64,000 nucleotides of DNA from Bdellovibrionales bacterium (GTDB lineage: Bacteria > Bdellovibrionota > UBA1018 > CAIMNF01): the NCBI GenBank assembly GCA_040380025.1, contig JBEIJY010000003.1, forward strand, positions 32,001 to 96,000, read 5' to 3'. Below, piece after piece: positions 29,175 to 38,140 of the stretch. Made by a program: the position numbers and the translations under genes. Positions within the stretch are counted from its first letter, which is position 1. Each line of letters begins with the position of its first letter. Below the pieces are notes generated by a model that worked only from the letters and a program-made list of their open reading frames with translations, did no database searches and was not told the DNA's origin.

Positions 29175-30071
29175 CTACTTCAGATTCGCGAGCGTGCGAT
29201 CGACCGCCTCCGAGAGCCGCATCAGCTCCGCGCGCATCTGCTCCAGACGCTCGCGTCCTTCGCCGGCCTTCCAGGTGAACCCCGGGATCTTCACTTTCTT
29301 CGGAGTCACCGCATAGGTGAACGGCTTCGGCCCCGTTGCAGGCTTGCTTTGGTTTGTCTTCAGGATTCGCGCCTTCGAGATCAGCAGATCGCCCTCGTCC
29401 TCGCGCGAGGCATTGGCGATGATCGACACATGCTCCTCGACCGGTGCGTTCAGGAGATTCCGGAGGAGGGAGCGGTTCTTCAGGTTCTTCTCTTTCAAAA
29501 GCTCCTTGGTTTCGGCCGGAAGTCGCGTGAATCCGATGCACTCGGTGATGCGGGATTTCTTCTTGCCGAATCCGGTCGCGATCGCCTCGTGGCTCGAATA
29601 CGCACCTGCGGTCAGAAGCGAGTTGTAGCCTTCGCCTTCTTCGATCGGGTGGAGGTCGACGCGGTCGAGGTTCTCGCGCAGGGCGATCTCGTGAACCGCC
29701 TTGTCGGTCGAGTTGATCACGCGCGCGGGAATCCGCTCGAGTCCGGCCAGTTTCGAGGCGCGCAGACGGCGCTCACCGGCGATCACCTTGTAGCGGTCGC
29801 CGTCTTGCACCACGAGGATGGGCTGGAGCACGCCGTGCTCCTTGATGGAGTGGGCGAGGGCCGCGATTTCTTCGTCATCGAAATGCGTCCGCACCTGGAG
29901 CTCGGATGCGTCGACTTTTTCGACCGGGACGAAGTTCACCAGAAACGTGGTGAGGCCCTTCAGTCCGCTGTGGGTGTTGTCGGCGCTCACCCGCGCGGTC
30001 GAGTAGAGTTGCTTCAGATATCCGCTTCCTTGGCGGGTTTTTGCTTCTTTTTTGTTGTCTTTGGTTTCCAT
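29175..30071 (-). CDS. parB: ParB/RepB/Spo0J family partition protein
   Basis: SIKEHGVLQPI, GERRLRA (CTP-binding), ENLDRVDL and an HTH (SHEAIA...SRIT). Confidence 0.92.
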   Translation of the reverse strand: METKDNKKEAKTRQGSGYLKQLYSTARVSADNTHSGLKGLTTFLVNFVPVEKVDASELQVRTHFDDEEIAALAHSIKEHGVLQPILVVQDGDRYKVIAGERRLRASKLAGLERIPARVINSTDKAVHEIALRENLDRVDLHPIEEGEGYNSLLTAGAYSSHEAIATGFGKKKSRITECIGFTRLPAETKELLKEKNLKNRSLLRNLLNAPVEEHVSIIANASREDEGDLLISKARILKTNQSKPATGPKPFTYAVTPKKVKIPGFTWKAGEGRERLEQMRAELMRLSEAVDRTLANLK

Positions 30072-30102
30072 TCGTTCCTCCTTGATTTTATGAGAGTTCC
30101 GC

Positions 30103-31161
30103 TCAGTTCAGGAGCTCGCGGGTGAGCTCGGTCAGATCTTGCGCGCCATTTCCCTTCGAGTTCACGTCGAGCACGACGGTCCGGCGCTTGGTGGCCTCGT
30201 TCAGGTCGGCGCTCCGGTTCACCACCGATTGGGCGCAAAAATCGGCGAATTGCGAGCGCAGCTCACCCAGCACTTCCTGGCTGATCACCTCGCGGTTGTC
30301 GTACATGTTCGGGATGATCTTCACATCGAGGGTCCGCCGGAACTCGCGTTGCATCTCATCGATGGTCGCCATGACGAGCGACATTCCGTGGAACGAGAGC
30401 GGATTCGTCGCGCAGATCACGTTCACGCGATTCGAGGCCACCAGCATGGAGCCGTTCAGGATCGATGCGGCCGGGTTCGTGTCGGCGATGATGAGATCAT
30501 ACTGGTCCGAGATGCGGGTGATCGCCTCGGAGAGGCGGTATTCGCGCCGGGTTTTGTTGTTCAGCGGGATCTCGATGTTGCAGAGCTGAAGGTTCGCCGG
30601 AATCAGATCGAGTCCGGGAGAAACATTCATCACGGCCTGATCGATCGGGAGATCATTGATGAGCACATCGTAAATGGTGGGGCGTTCGTGCGCATCGAGC
30701 ACATCGAGATTCACGGTCAGGTGGCCTTGACCGTCGAGATCGATCGCAAGCACGCGGTAGCCCAGGATGGATGCGATCATGACGAACTGCGCCGTAAGAG
30801 TGGATTTGCCGGTTCCGCCTTTTACGTTGTAGAACATCTGGATTTTATTTTTTGGATGCGGCGCGACATGCCTGGTCGCCGCGGCGATCGCGTCGCTCAC
30901 CACAAGAGCGCTTCCTGCGGCTTCCGCGCCTGCGCCCATCAGTTCGGCGCGCACCGATTCGTGAACGCTCAGGTCGAATTCCCGGAGCATTCGAAAGAAA
31001 TTTTGAACCTCCTCAAGGGCGATGACTTTTCGATCGACGTTCCCCACGCGCTTTTTTTGCGTGTTGATGATGCCGTTGTTTTCGAATGCTGGAATGAGAT
31101 TTTTATCGATTTTGGCGAGCTGGGCAAATTCGTTGGGTGTAAAGACCATGTCTCGTAGCAT
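30103..31161 (-). CDS. parA: ParA ATPase with N-terminal HTH extension (type Ia, SopA/RepA-like)
   Basis: Deviant Walker A KGGTGKST, DLDGQG and DTNP; ~100-aa N-terminal extension with an HTH pattern (FTPNEFAQLAKI...FENNGII); SD AAGGAGG. Confidence 0.9.
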   Translation of the reverse strand: MLRDMVFTPNEFAQLAKIDKNLIPAFENNGIINTQKKRVGNVDRKVIALEEVQNFFRMLREFDLSVHESVRAELMGAGAEAAGSALVVSDAIAAATRHVAPHPKNKIQMFYNVKGGTGKSTLTAQFVMIASILGYRVLAIDLDGQGHLTVNLDVLDAHERPTIYDVLINDLPIDQAVMNVSPGLDLIPANLQLCNIEIPLNNKTRREYRLSEAITRISDQYDLIIADTNPAASILNGSMLVASNRVNVICATNPLSFHGMSLVMATIDEMQREFRRTLDVKIIPNMYDNREVISQEVLGELRSQFADFCAQSVVNRSADLNEATKRRTVVLDVNSKGNGAQDLTELTRELLN

Positions 31162-31239
31162 AGATTCCTCCTTGATCTGTCTCACTGAGTGTAAATCGAG
31201 AAGATCAAGAATCAATCAAAAACTAAACAAAAAGAGTAG

Positions 31240-31359
31240 ACCGGTCGCCGTGGCGACCGGTGGAGAAAATACTCTCGATGGTGTTGCGTCGGACTCAAGT
31301 CGGTCGCCGTGGCGACCGATGAAGATGGGTTACCCTGATCGGTCGCCACGGCGACCGGT
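31240..31359. repeat. Three near-perfect palindromes GGTCGCC(GT/AC)GGCGACC; candidate parS sites
   Basis: Copies at 31240-31261, 31300-31319 and 31338-31359, immediately upstream of parA. Confidence 0.8.
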
Positions 31360-31377
31360 GATTTCATGGATCGCGTC

Positions 31378-32163
31378 TTACGAGCTCGCGCTCTGGTAGC
31401 GTCGCAAGCCGGCTCGCCACAAAAAGCGAATCAGCAATCCGTAGCCTGCCAGAACCGCAAGCACGAGCGGATACACCCAGATCGAGATTTTTCCGGTCAG
31501 TACCTGGGCCGGAATCGAGCCCATGAAGGCGAAGGGTAGAGCGGTCTTCAGGAGGTATCGAATCGCTTTCGGGTAGATCGCCTCGGGTTTGTTTGCGAGC
31601 GCGTAGAGCTGATAGTAGAGGTGCGAGACCGAGATTCCCCGCTCAAGCCAGAACACCCAGATCACAAAAAAGAACCGAAGCAGGTATTGGGTCGCAAGCC
31701 CGATCAACACCCACAGCACGAGCTCGGCCCATCCCCATCCTCCTGCGAATCCCGCCGCTGGCCCGTAGTGGTTCACGATGAAGATCCCGAGGGCGAGATT
31801 CACGATCTGCGAAAAGTTGATGTCCCGAAAGGTGGCAAGAAAAGCCGTGTTGATCGGCTTCGTGAGCAGAATGTCGAGATCCCCCTGGTTGATCATGTAC
31901 GGCAGGGTCCAGAACGATCGCTGAAAGAACGTCGTGAAGAGCGTGTCGCTACAAACAAATATGCCCAAAAAAAAGAACACCTGCTCCCGGGTCCAACCAT
32001 TGATCGCCTCGGTGTTCCGGTAGATCACCTCGAAGAGGGCGAGTTCGACCACCACCCAAATCAAATCCGCAATCGTGAGCGCGATCGTGTTCGATCGATA
32101 AATGAACTCTCGCACGAGGTTGTTTTTCAGGCTGGTCAAGAACACATCCCAAAGAGTCCGCAT
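31378..32163 (-). CDS. ABC-2 family (DUF990-type) permease
   Basis: GDLDILLTKP, ending LRRYQSASS; multiple TM helices. Confidence 0.9.
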   Translation of the reverse strand: MRTLWDVFLTSLKNNLVREFIYRSNTIALTIADLIWVVVELALFEVIYRNTEAINGWTREQVFFFLGIFVCSDTLFTTFFQRSFWTLPYMINQGDLDILLTKPINTAFLATFRDINFSQIVNLALGIFIVNHYGPAAGFAGGWGWAELVLWVLIGLATQYLLRFFFVIWVFWLERGISVSHLYYQLYALANKPEAIYPKAIRYLLKTALPFAFMGSIPAQVLTGKISIWVYPLVLAVLAGYGLLIRFLWRAGLRRYQSASS

Positions 32164-32166
32164 GGG

Positions 32167-32979
32167 TCAGCCTCCGATTCCCTGATAACGATGAATCGCG
32201 AAGCGCCAGCTCGCATGGAGCACGCCCCAAAGCAGCAGAATCCAAAAGAACGCGATTCCCATTTGGGTTCCCCACATCGCCGCATCCCATTTGCCTGTGG
32301 CCACCTGGGTGGGGCCAAAAACGAACAAATAAAACGGAAGCGCCTTCCAGATCAGGGCATATTGCTCGGGAACGACCGAGAGGGGAATCAGCTCGCCCGA
32401 AAGAAGACTTACGGCCATGTTCTTGACCATGAGTACGGCGAATGCGTTCTCCCAGTAAAACGCGGCTCCGGCCAAAATCGCGCCAAACAGATACGCAATG
32501 ATGTTTCCCATGAGAGCAAGCGTGAGCCCCATGAGCAGGTTTGAAAGATTCATCGACGTAAACGCCGTCGCGATCGCGCCGAGGGTGAGGCACATCCCTG
32601 CGGTGATGAGCTTCTCGCCGATGCCTTTGAAGTACGTGAACTCCACAACGCCGACGGGTCTGAGTAGATAGTTATTCAGACCCCCGGTGCGAATCAGCTC
32701 GATCAGGGTGAAGTCATGGTTCCCGCCCCGAATCTGACTGAACAGCATCGAGGTCCAGGTGTAGGCCAGGAGCTCGGCGTGGGTCATTCCTGCAAAGGTA
32801 CCGCCCTCCTGACTCGAAAAAATCGAGTGCCAGAGCATGAGCTGGATTCCCACGGGGACGATCGACGAGCCGATCAGATCGAGCAAAAAATCGCCCCGAT
32901 AGGCCATCGTCTCTTTGATGCCGTTCCGGATCGCCGCGATCCTCCATTCCATTCCCCACGAAGAAAAAGCCGTCGTCAT
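32167..32979 (-). CDS. ABC-2 family permease
   Basis: MAYR, IRTGGLNNYLLRP and SGELIPL, ending YQGIGG. Confidence 0.88.
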   Translation of the reverse strand: MTTAFSSWGMEWRIAAIRNGIKETMAYRGDFLLDLIGSSIVPVGIQLMLWHSIFSSQEGGTFAGMTHAELLAYTWTSMLFSQIRGGNHDFTLIELIRTGGLNNYLLRPVGVVEFTYFKGIGEKLITAGMCLTLGAIATAFTSMNLSNLLMGLTLALMGNIIAYLFGAILAGAAFYWENAFAVLMVKNMAVSLLSGELIPLSVVPEQYALIWKALPFYLFVFGPTQVATGKWDAAMWGTQMGIAFFWILLLWGVLHASWRFAIHRYQGIGG

Positions 32980-32987
32980 CTGATTCC

Positions 32988-33986
32988 TCAGCTCTGGTAG
33001 ATCCGTTGGATCACCCGCTCCAGCGAGGATTCCTGGATTCCGATATCCGCCACTTCGAAATTCGCGAGGAGCTTCTGAAAGTACTCGGTGATGCGAGAGC
33101 GGGCGATGGGGATCAGATAGGTGGTGGGGTCTTCTTCGTCCATGGTCACGGCAGAGGCATCGAGTCCGAGGGTTGTTGATACCTGTGCCGCTTCGGGCGA
33201 GCTCAAGAGCTTCACCTTGAGCGTGCATTCGTCCCGCTCGATCAGGGTCTTCGGGTTTCCATCAAAAATCAGCGAGCCCTCTTTGATCAAAAGAATGCGC
33301 TTACAGAGCTCCGAGATGTCATCCATGTTGTGACTGGTCAGGATGATCGTTGCTCCCTCCTTCTGGTTGTGGGTCCGCAAAAACTCCCGGAGCCGCTTCG
33401 AGGCCAGAACATCAAGGCCGATCGTGGGCTCATCCAAAAAGATCACCTTGGGCAGATGAAGAATCGCGCCGATCACCTCCATCTTCATTCGCTCCCCGAG
33501 TGAGAGGCGGCGAATCTGGGTGTTCAGGAGCTTCTCGACCCCGAGGAGGGCGGTAAGCTCGTCCACCCGCGTACGATACACCTCGCGGGGGATCTGATAG
33601 AGCGCGCGCAGAAGATCAAAGGCCTCGAGTGCGGGAAGATCCCACCAGAGCTGGGCCTTCTGCCCCATGACGATCGAAATCTGACGGCGGAACTCGATCG
33701 AGCGTTCGAACGGAGTGAAGCCCAGAACCCGAGCGTCTCCCGAGGTCGGGGGGATCAGGCCCGATAAGATTTTCAGGAGCGTGGTTTTGCCGGCACCGTT
33801 TGCGCCAATCAGACCGGTGAACTCTCCCTGCTGGACCTCGAACGAGACGCCCTTCAGGGCCTCATGGACTTGGTATTCCGGTCGGAACAGGAGCTTCAGG
33901 ACTCCTTGAAGGCCCTCTTGTTTTTTGACGGACTTGAAGGTGCGCCGGACATCCCGAACAAAGAGCGCAGGCTCATTCGATCTCAT
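32988..33986 (-). CDS. ABC transporter ATP-binding protein
   Basis: GANGAGKTT, LSLGERMK and FLDEPTIGLD. Confidence 0.95.
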   Translation of the reverse strand: MRSNEPALFVRDVRRTFKSVKKQEGLQGVLKLLFRPEYQVHEALKGVSFEVQQGEFTGLIGANGAGKTTLLKILSGLIPPTSGDARVLGFTPFERSIEFRRQISIVMGQKAQLWWDLPALEAFDLLRALYQIPREVYRTRVDELTALLGVEKLLNTQIRRLSLGERMKMEVIGAILHLPKVIFLDEPTIGLDVLASKRLREFLRTHNQKEGATIILTSHNMDDISELCKRILLIKEGSLIFDGNPKTLIERDECTLKVKLLSSPEAAQVSTTLGLDASAVTMDEEDPTTYLIPIARSRITEYFQKLLANFEVADIGIQESSLERVIQRIYQS

Positions 33987-34974
33987 GAGTCACCCATCGC
34001 TTTCCGACCATTTTCTCGGCGGGGAGGGACTTCGGCAGAACGGCATTGTACCGGAGCTTGATCGGTACCGATTCGCCCAAGCCTTCGGGTTTGAAGAGGG
34101 TCCCTGCAAAGCTTTCTTCGACCGGGAACACGGTGATCAGCGCAGGGCTCTCGGGAGGCGCGTTCTTTCTTTGGGTCAAAATCGAATAAATCAGAATCGC
34201 CTTGTTCTTTCCGTGAGGGTTGTCTTTCAAAAAAGGAACGATGTCCGTCCGGATCTCGATGGTCTCGTCCTCGGCCGTGATTTGCTCGATCAGACGCCGC
34301 GGTTTCAGTGAGGCAAAGTCAAACTTCAACAGCTCCCGCGGTGCCCGATGCGCGGACTTGCGAGCAAGATCCGACATCTTCTTCATGCCCTCATTCGAAT
34401 CCCGAAAGGCGATCCTTCCGGCAAGAAGGCTCAAGTTCAAAAGAAGAGTGCCTTTTTTGGGCATTCCCCCGAGCAGTCCTTCGGACAAACCGAAGCCCGC
34501 CTCGATTTCATGCTTCCCATAGCGGGCGCGTTTGTAGCCGTACGGGGTTCTGACGGTGCTGAAGAGGTAACCGTAGGTGTGGGTGAGGCCCGCATGCCCG
34601 GTGGTGTAAGTTTCGTCAAAGGGGACCTTCAATGTCCGGTTGAAGAACTGAAGCAGATTCGCCGGAACGGTTTTGGTCCCGGTTGCGAGATTGCTCTCGT
34701 CGATGTTGCGGCTCAGGCCCCAGAGCGAGAGGAGTCCGGGCGTTTTTTGATCCCGCTCGAGCTGGCGCAAAAACCCGGGGATTGATTTCTCGAGGGTGGC
34801 GCGAATCGTTTTGGGATCCTCGATGCCTTCGAGGGAGCGGGCCGTTCCGGCCCAAGGGCAGTCCTCGCGCGTTTCGAGAGCCTCGGGGTTCGGGCACTGG
34901 GCCCGGCCAGGGGCTCCGAAGGCGAGGCCTGCGAGCCCCAGAAGTGCCTGAAGGAGTGTAATTTTTGCGCGCAT
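33973..34974 (-). CDS. Exported hypothetical protein
   Basis: Signal peptide from MRAKITLL; HAGLTHTYGYLFS...TPYGYKRARY looks like a conserved core; overlaps the ABC ATPase start. Confidence 0.65.
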   Translation of the reverse strand: MRAKITLLQALLGLAGLAFGAPGRAQCPNPEALETREDCPWAGTARSLEGIEDPKTIRATLEKSIPGFLRQLERDQKTPGLLSLWGLSRNIDESNLATGTKTVPANLLQFFNRTLKVPFDETYTTGHAGLTHTYGYLFSTVRTPYGYKRARYGKHEIEAGFGLSEGLLGGMPKKGTLLLNLSLLAGRIAFRDSNEGMKKMSDLARKSAHRAPRELLKFDFASLKPRRLIEQITAEDETIEIRTDIVPFLKDNPHGKNKAILIYSILTQRKNAPPESPALITVFPVEESFAGTLFKPEGLGESVPIKLRYNAVLPKSLPAEKMVGKRWVTHEIE

Positions 34975-35004
34975 GGGTGTATCGTTTAGCCGAAAGACCC
35001 CCAA

Positions 35005-35640
35005 ATGAAAAGTCAAGACTCTGTCCCCTACTATGAGCACCACGCCCTTCGCCTTGCGGAGCAGGATCTTCGAGTGAAGTCTCCGGGAGAACTCGTGCCG
35101 TTCCTCGAGCTTCTGGTCCCGAACGGACGGGTGCTCGATCTCGGATGCGGCTCGGGGTTCGACTTGCAGTGGATCCGGCGCTCCGGTCGGGAAGGGGTGG
35201 GAATCGATGCCGCACCCTCGCGGGCCCGGATTGCGCGCGAACAAAACCCGGGGGCCGAGATTCTCGAAAAAAACTTTCTGTTTTACTCCCCGAAAGAGTC
35301 CGAGTGGGACGGAGTCTGGGCGAATCGATCGCTTCATCATGATTCCCCCGAGGCGGTCCAACGGGTGGTGGCAGGCGTATTCCGGGGACTCAGACCGGGA
35401 GGGATTTTCGGAGTGGTCGTGTACGAGGGATCAGGCGGGTTTCAGGATCGCGAGGGCGACTACTTGGGACCGTCCCGGTCTTTGCACCCGTGGAGAGAAA
35501 AGGCGCTTTGCAGTCTCTTGGAGCAAACCGGATTTCAGATTCTGAAGGTCGGACGAAAGCCCGCGGCTCCCGAAGAAGGGCATGCGCTCCCCGGGCTATT
35601 GGTTCTGGCAAAAAAAATCGGGTCTAGGGTTTCTGGCTGA
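35005..35640 (+). CDS. Class I SAM-dependent methyltransferase
   Basis: VLDLGCGSG, GVWANRSLHH and LRPGG. Confidence 0.9.
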   Translation: MKSQDSVPYYEHHALRLAEQDLRVKSPGELVPFLELLVPNGRVLDLGCGSGFDLQWIRRSGREGVGIDAAPSRARIAREQNPGAEILEKNFLFYSPKESEWDGVWANRSLHHDSPEAVQRVVAGVFRGLRPGGIFGVVVYEGSGGFQDREGDYLGPSRSLHPWREKALCSLLEQTGFQILKVGRKPAAPEEGHALPGLLVLAKKIGSRVSG

Positions 35641-36304
35641 CGCGTGCGGATGCGATTTTGGTGGCCCGGGTTCCGAGAATCCAGTCCCAAAGCGGGAAGA
35701 CAATGTTGAAGTTCCAGTGCGCCATCATTCCCTTGTGATGGTGGATCCGGTGGTGCTCCCGCAAAAACCAAAGCCCCGGAACCTGAAATACCTTTGAGTC
35801 TTCTTTGAAGTGACAGATCGCATGCACCGTCTCGTAGGCAAAAAAGAAGAGCGGCCCGAGAATCAGGGCGAGCGCACCTTTGGACGGGCCGAATACTTGG
35901 GTGAGGACAAACGAAAGCGGCAGGTTCAAGCCGTACTGCAACACGGCGACTCCCCAGACCGGGAACAGCACATGAAAAAACTCGCGAGAATTCTGAGCCT
36001 CGATCCGGTCATGGGTGAAGTACTGATGATGACTCAGGGTGTGTTGGTTGTAGGCGGGAGCCGAACCGGGCAAGCGATGGTGCAGGGGGTAGCGGTGGGT
36101 CGCATACTCCACGAGGGATGCGATCGTGAGCATGACCGGAATGAACACGAGGTCCGAGGGCGTCAGCCCCCCGGGGATTTGCGAGAGGGTGACGATGCCG
36201 TACGCGATCAGCGGAAAGCTCACCGCGCTGGTTCCGAGAAAATGAAGCCCGGCATGATAAATCCGGGGAATGGGACGGATTCGGGGTTTTTCCTGGGTAC
36301 TCAT
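35624..36304 (-). CDS. Fatty acid hydroxylase / sterol desaturase family protein
   Basis: His boxes HRYPLH, HTLSHH, HAICH and HHRIHH; NFNIVFPLWDWILGT. Confidence 0.88.
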   Translation of the reverse strand: MSTQEKPRIRPIPRIYHAGLHFLGTSAVSFPLIAYGIVTLSQIPGGLTPSDLVFIPVMLTIASLVEYATHRYPLHHRLPGSAPAYNQHTLSHHQYFTHDRIEAQNSREFFHVLFPVWGVAVLQYGLNLPLSFVLTQVFGPSKGALALILGPLFFFAYETVHAICHFKEDSKVFQVPGLWFLREHHRIHHHKGMMAHWNFNIVFPLWDWILGTRATKIASARVSQKP

Positions 36305-36377
36305 CGAGTCCGGATTGTAGCACGATTTGCGGCGTTCGATTCCATCTTTCCCGAAAACCGAGTATGCTTTTTTGACG

Positions 36378-37001
36378 ATGAATTCCGGTCAAAAAATCAA
36401 AATGGGAATCGGTTTGTTCGGATTGGCGGGACCGCTGTATCTGGTGCCCAATCATTTTCCGACCTATGAGCCCTTCGAGCTTCCGTTGACGCTCCTCGAC
36501 CGCATGGTGCCGCTTCTCCCTGCATCCATCTATGTTTATTTGAGCGAGTATTTTTTGATCTTTTCGGCCTATTTTTTGGTTCGCGACCCTGCCATCACTG
36601 CCCGCTACCTCAGGGCGATGTTGTGTCTGTTGCTGGTGAGTGCCCTGGTGTTTGTGCTCTTCCCGACCACCTATCCGCGCCATCTTTACCCGCTTCCGGA
36701 TGGCTTGGATCCGGCAACGAGGTTCTTTTTTGAGCTTCAGCGGTTTGCGGACACCCCGAACAATTGTTTTCCGAGCCTCCATGTCGGGACCGTGCTCATG
36801 GCCGCTCTTTCTCTTCGCGAAAACCGCCGCTGGTTCGGCATTTACCTCGTCTGGGCCTTATTGATCTCGATTTCGACCCTCACCACCAAGCAACACTACG
36901 TGTGGGATGTTTTTGGCGGTGCCACGCTCGCGTTGACTCTGGACTGGTATTTTCTGCGGCGGCAATCTTTGCCGGTTCGCGTTGTCGCACAACAAAAATA
37001 A
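36378..37001 (+). CDS. PAP2 superfamily membrane protein (IPC synthase/Aur1-like)
   Basis: NCFPSLHV and KQHYVWDV motifs; TM helices. Confidence 0.85.
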   Translation: MNSGQKIKMGIGLFGLAGPLYLVPNHFPTYEPFELPLTLLDRMVPLLPASIYVYLSEYFLIFSAYFLVRDPAITARYLRAMLCLLLVSALVFVLFPTTYPRHLYPLPDGLDPATRFFFELQRFADTPNNCFPSLHVGTVLMAALSLRENRRWFGIYLVWALLISISTLTTKQHYVWDVFGGATLALTLDWYFLRRQSLPVRVVAQQK

Positions 37002-37049
37002 TTGTTTCCCCCCGATTCCGGGCGGTATTCTAAGAATCAGGAGGCTTCG

Positions 37050-37679
37050 ATGAAGTTGCTGAGAGCCATCGTCCTGATTCTGCCTTTTTTTTGGGTGCCA
37101 TCCTCTCGAGCATTCGAGGCGGGGATTTTAGGGGGAGTCAATTCCTTCGGGCCGGATTTGAAAGCCGGTCCGGCGTCCCCGGGGTTCACGTTCACGGCAG
37201 TACCCAGAACCGCATCGGGATTCGGGGCTTTTGTGAAGTTCCCCCTGGTTTCTGTGTTTGATCTTGAGTTGGATTTCATTCGTGCGGACAAAAAGATCGT
37301 GCAGACCGCAAGTTCGAGCTCTTTTTCGAACGTCACGACGATCGAGATGTCCTCTTGGATGGTTCCGCTCCTGCTTCGAGTGAATGTGGTTCCCGGGGGC
37401 TTTTTAAGCCTTGCCGCCGGTGGGTACTACGAGTGGGCGTCGGGTCGGGAGTACAAGGTCAACGGGGTCAGCACCGATTACGCCGGTTCCGGGTTCAATC
37501 ACCGTGACATCGGGGTGTTGGGATCCCTCCGGCTTCGTTTTCCGGTCTTTTTCGGAGCCCATGCGATTCTGGATGGCCGCTATTTGATGGGGCTTCAGGA
37601 ACAAGCAACGGACACGACCCAGTTCACGATGAAGAGCCGGCACTTGCAGGCTTTTTTCGGGGTTTCGTTCGGTTCCTGA
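37050..37679 (+). CDS. Outer-membrane beta-barrel (porin-like) protein
   Basis: SD GGAGG, signal peptide, beta strands, C-terminal FFGVSFGS. Confidence 0.78.
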   Translation: MKLLRAIVLILPFFWVPSSRAFEAGILGGVNSFGPDLKAGPASPGFTFTAVPRTASGFGAFVKFPLVSVFDLELDFIRADKKIVQTASSSSFSNVTTIEMSSWMVPLLLRVNVVPGGFLSLAAGGYYEWASGREYKVNGVSTDYAGSGFNHRDIGVLGSLRLRFPVFFGAHAILDGRYLMGLQEQATDTTQFTMKSRHLQAFFGVSFGS

Positions 37680-38139
37680 GAACGTCGCCGCAATCGGCAC
37701 AAATCCCGGTGAACTCCACGAAGTGACGGACTTCGCGGAACCCCATGTTCTTCACGGTCTCAAGGAGCTTCATCCAGTCCTTCCCGCCGCAGGCTTCGAG
37801 GACGGCCATCTTTCCGCATTTGCGGCAGAGCAAATGATGGTGATGGGTCTCGGCCGAGTCGAGTTCGAAGCGAACGGTTCCGTCGGCAAGGGGGGTTCGG
37901 ACGACGATTTGGTTTTCTTCAAAAAAAAGAAGGGTCCGATAAACCGTGACCCGGTCGATGCGGCCGGTCTTCGAAGCCAGTTCGACAATCTGATCGACGG
38001 TGAGCGGCGAGTCCGCATCGCGGAGAATCTTCGTGATGCGCTCACGGCCCGGGGTCCATTTTCCGCCCCGTTTTTTCACCGCCTCACGAATGGCGCTGAT
38101 CTTGGTGGGTTCTTCAGACTTGCACATCCGGGACTTCAT
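37624..38139 (-). CDS. Fur family metal-responsive repressor
   Basis: TPGRERI, TVYRTL, HHHHLLCRKCG and GICADC. Confidence 0.9.
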   Translation of the reverse strand: MKSRMCKSEEPTKISAIREAVKKRGGKWTPGRERITKILRDADSPLTVDQIVELASKTGRIDRVTVYRTLLFFEENQIVVRTPLADGTVRFELDSAETHHHHLLCRKCGKMAVLEACGGKDWMKLLETVKNMGFREVRHFVEFTGICADCGDVLRNRTKPRKKPASAGSSS

Positions 38140-38140
38140 A

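Noticed and set aside
31240..31359. Mini-CRISPR array reading of the three palindromes
   Set aside because: Spacers are unequal (38 and 18 nt), the third copy is inverted, the repeats are short, and no cas genes are present. Adjacency to parAB explains them better.
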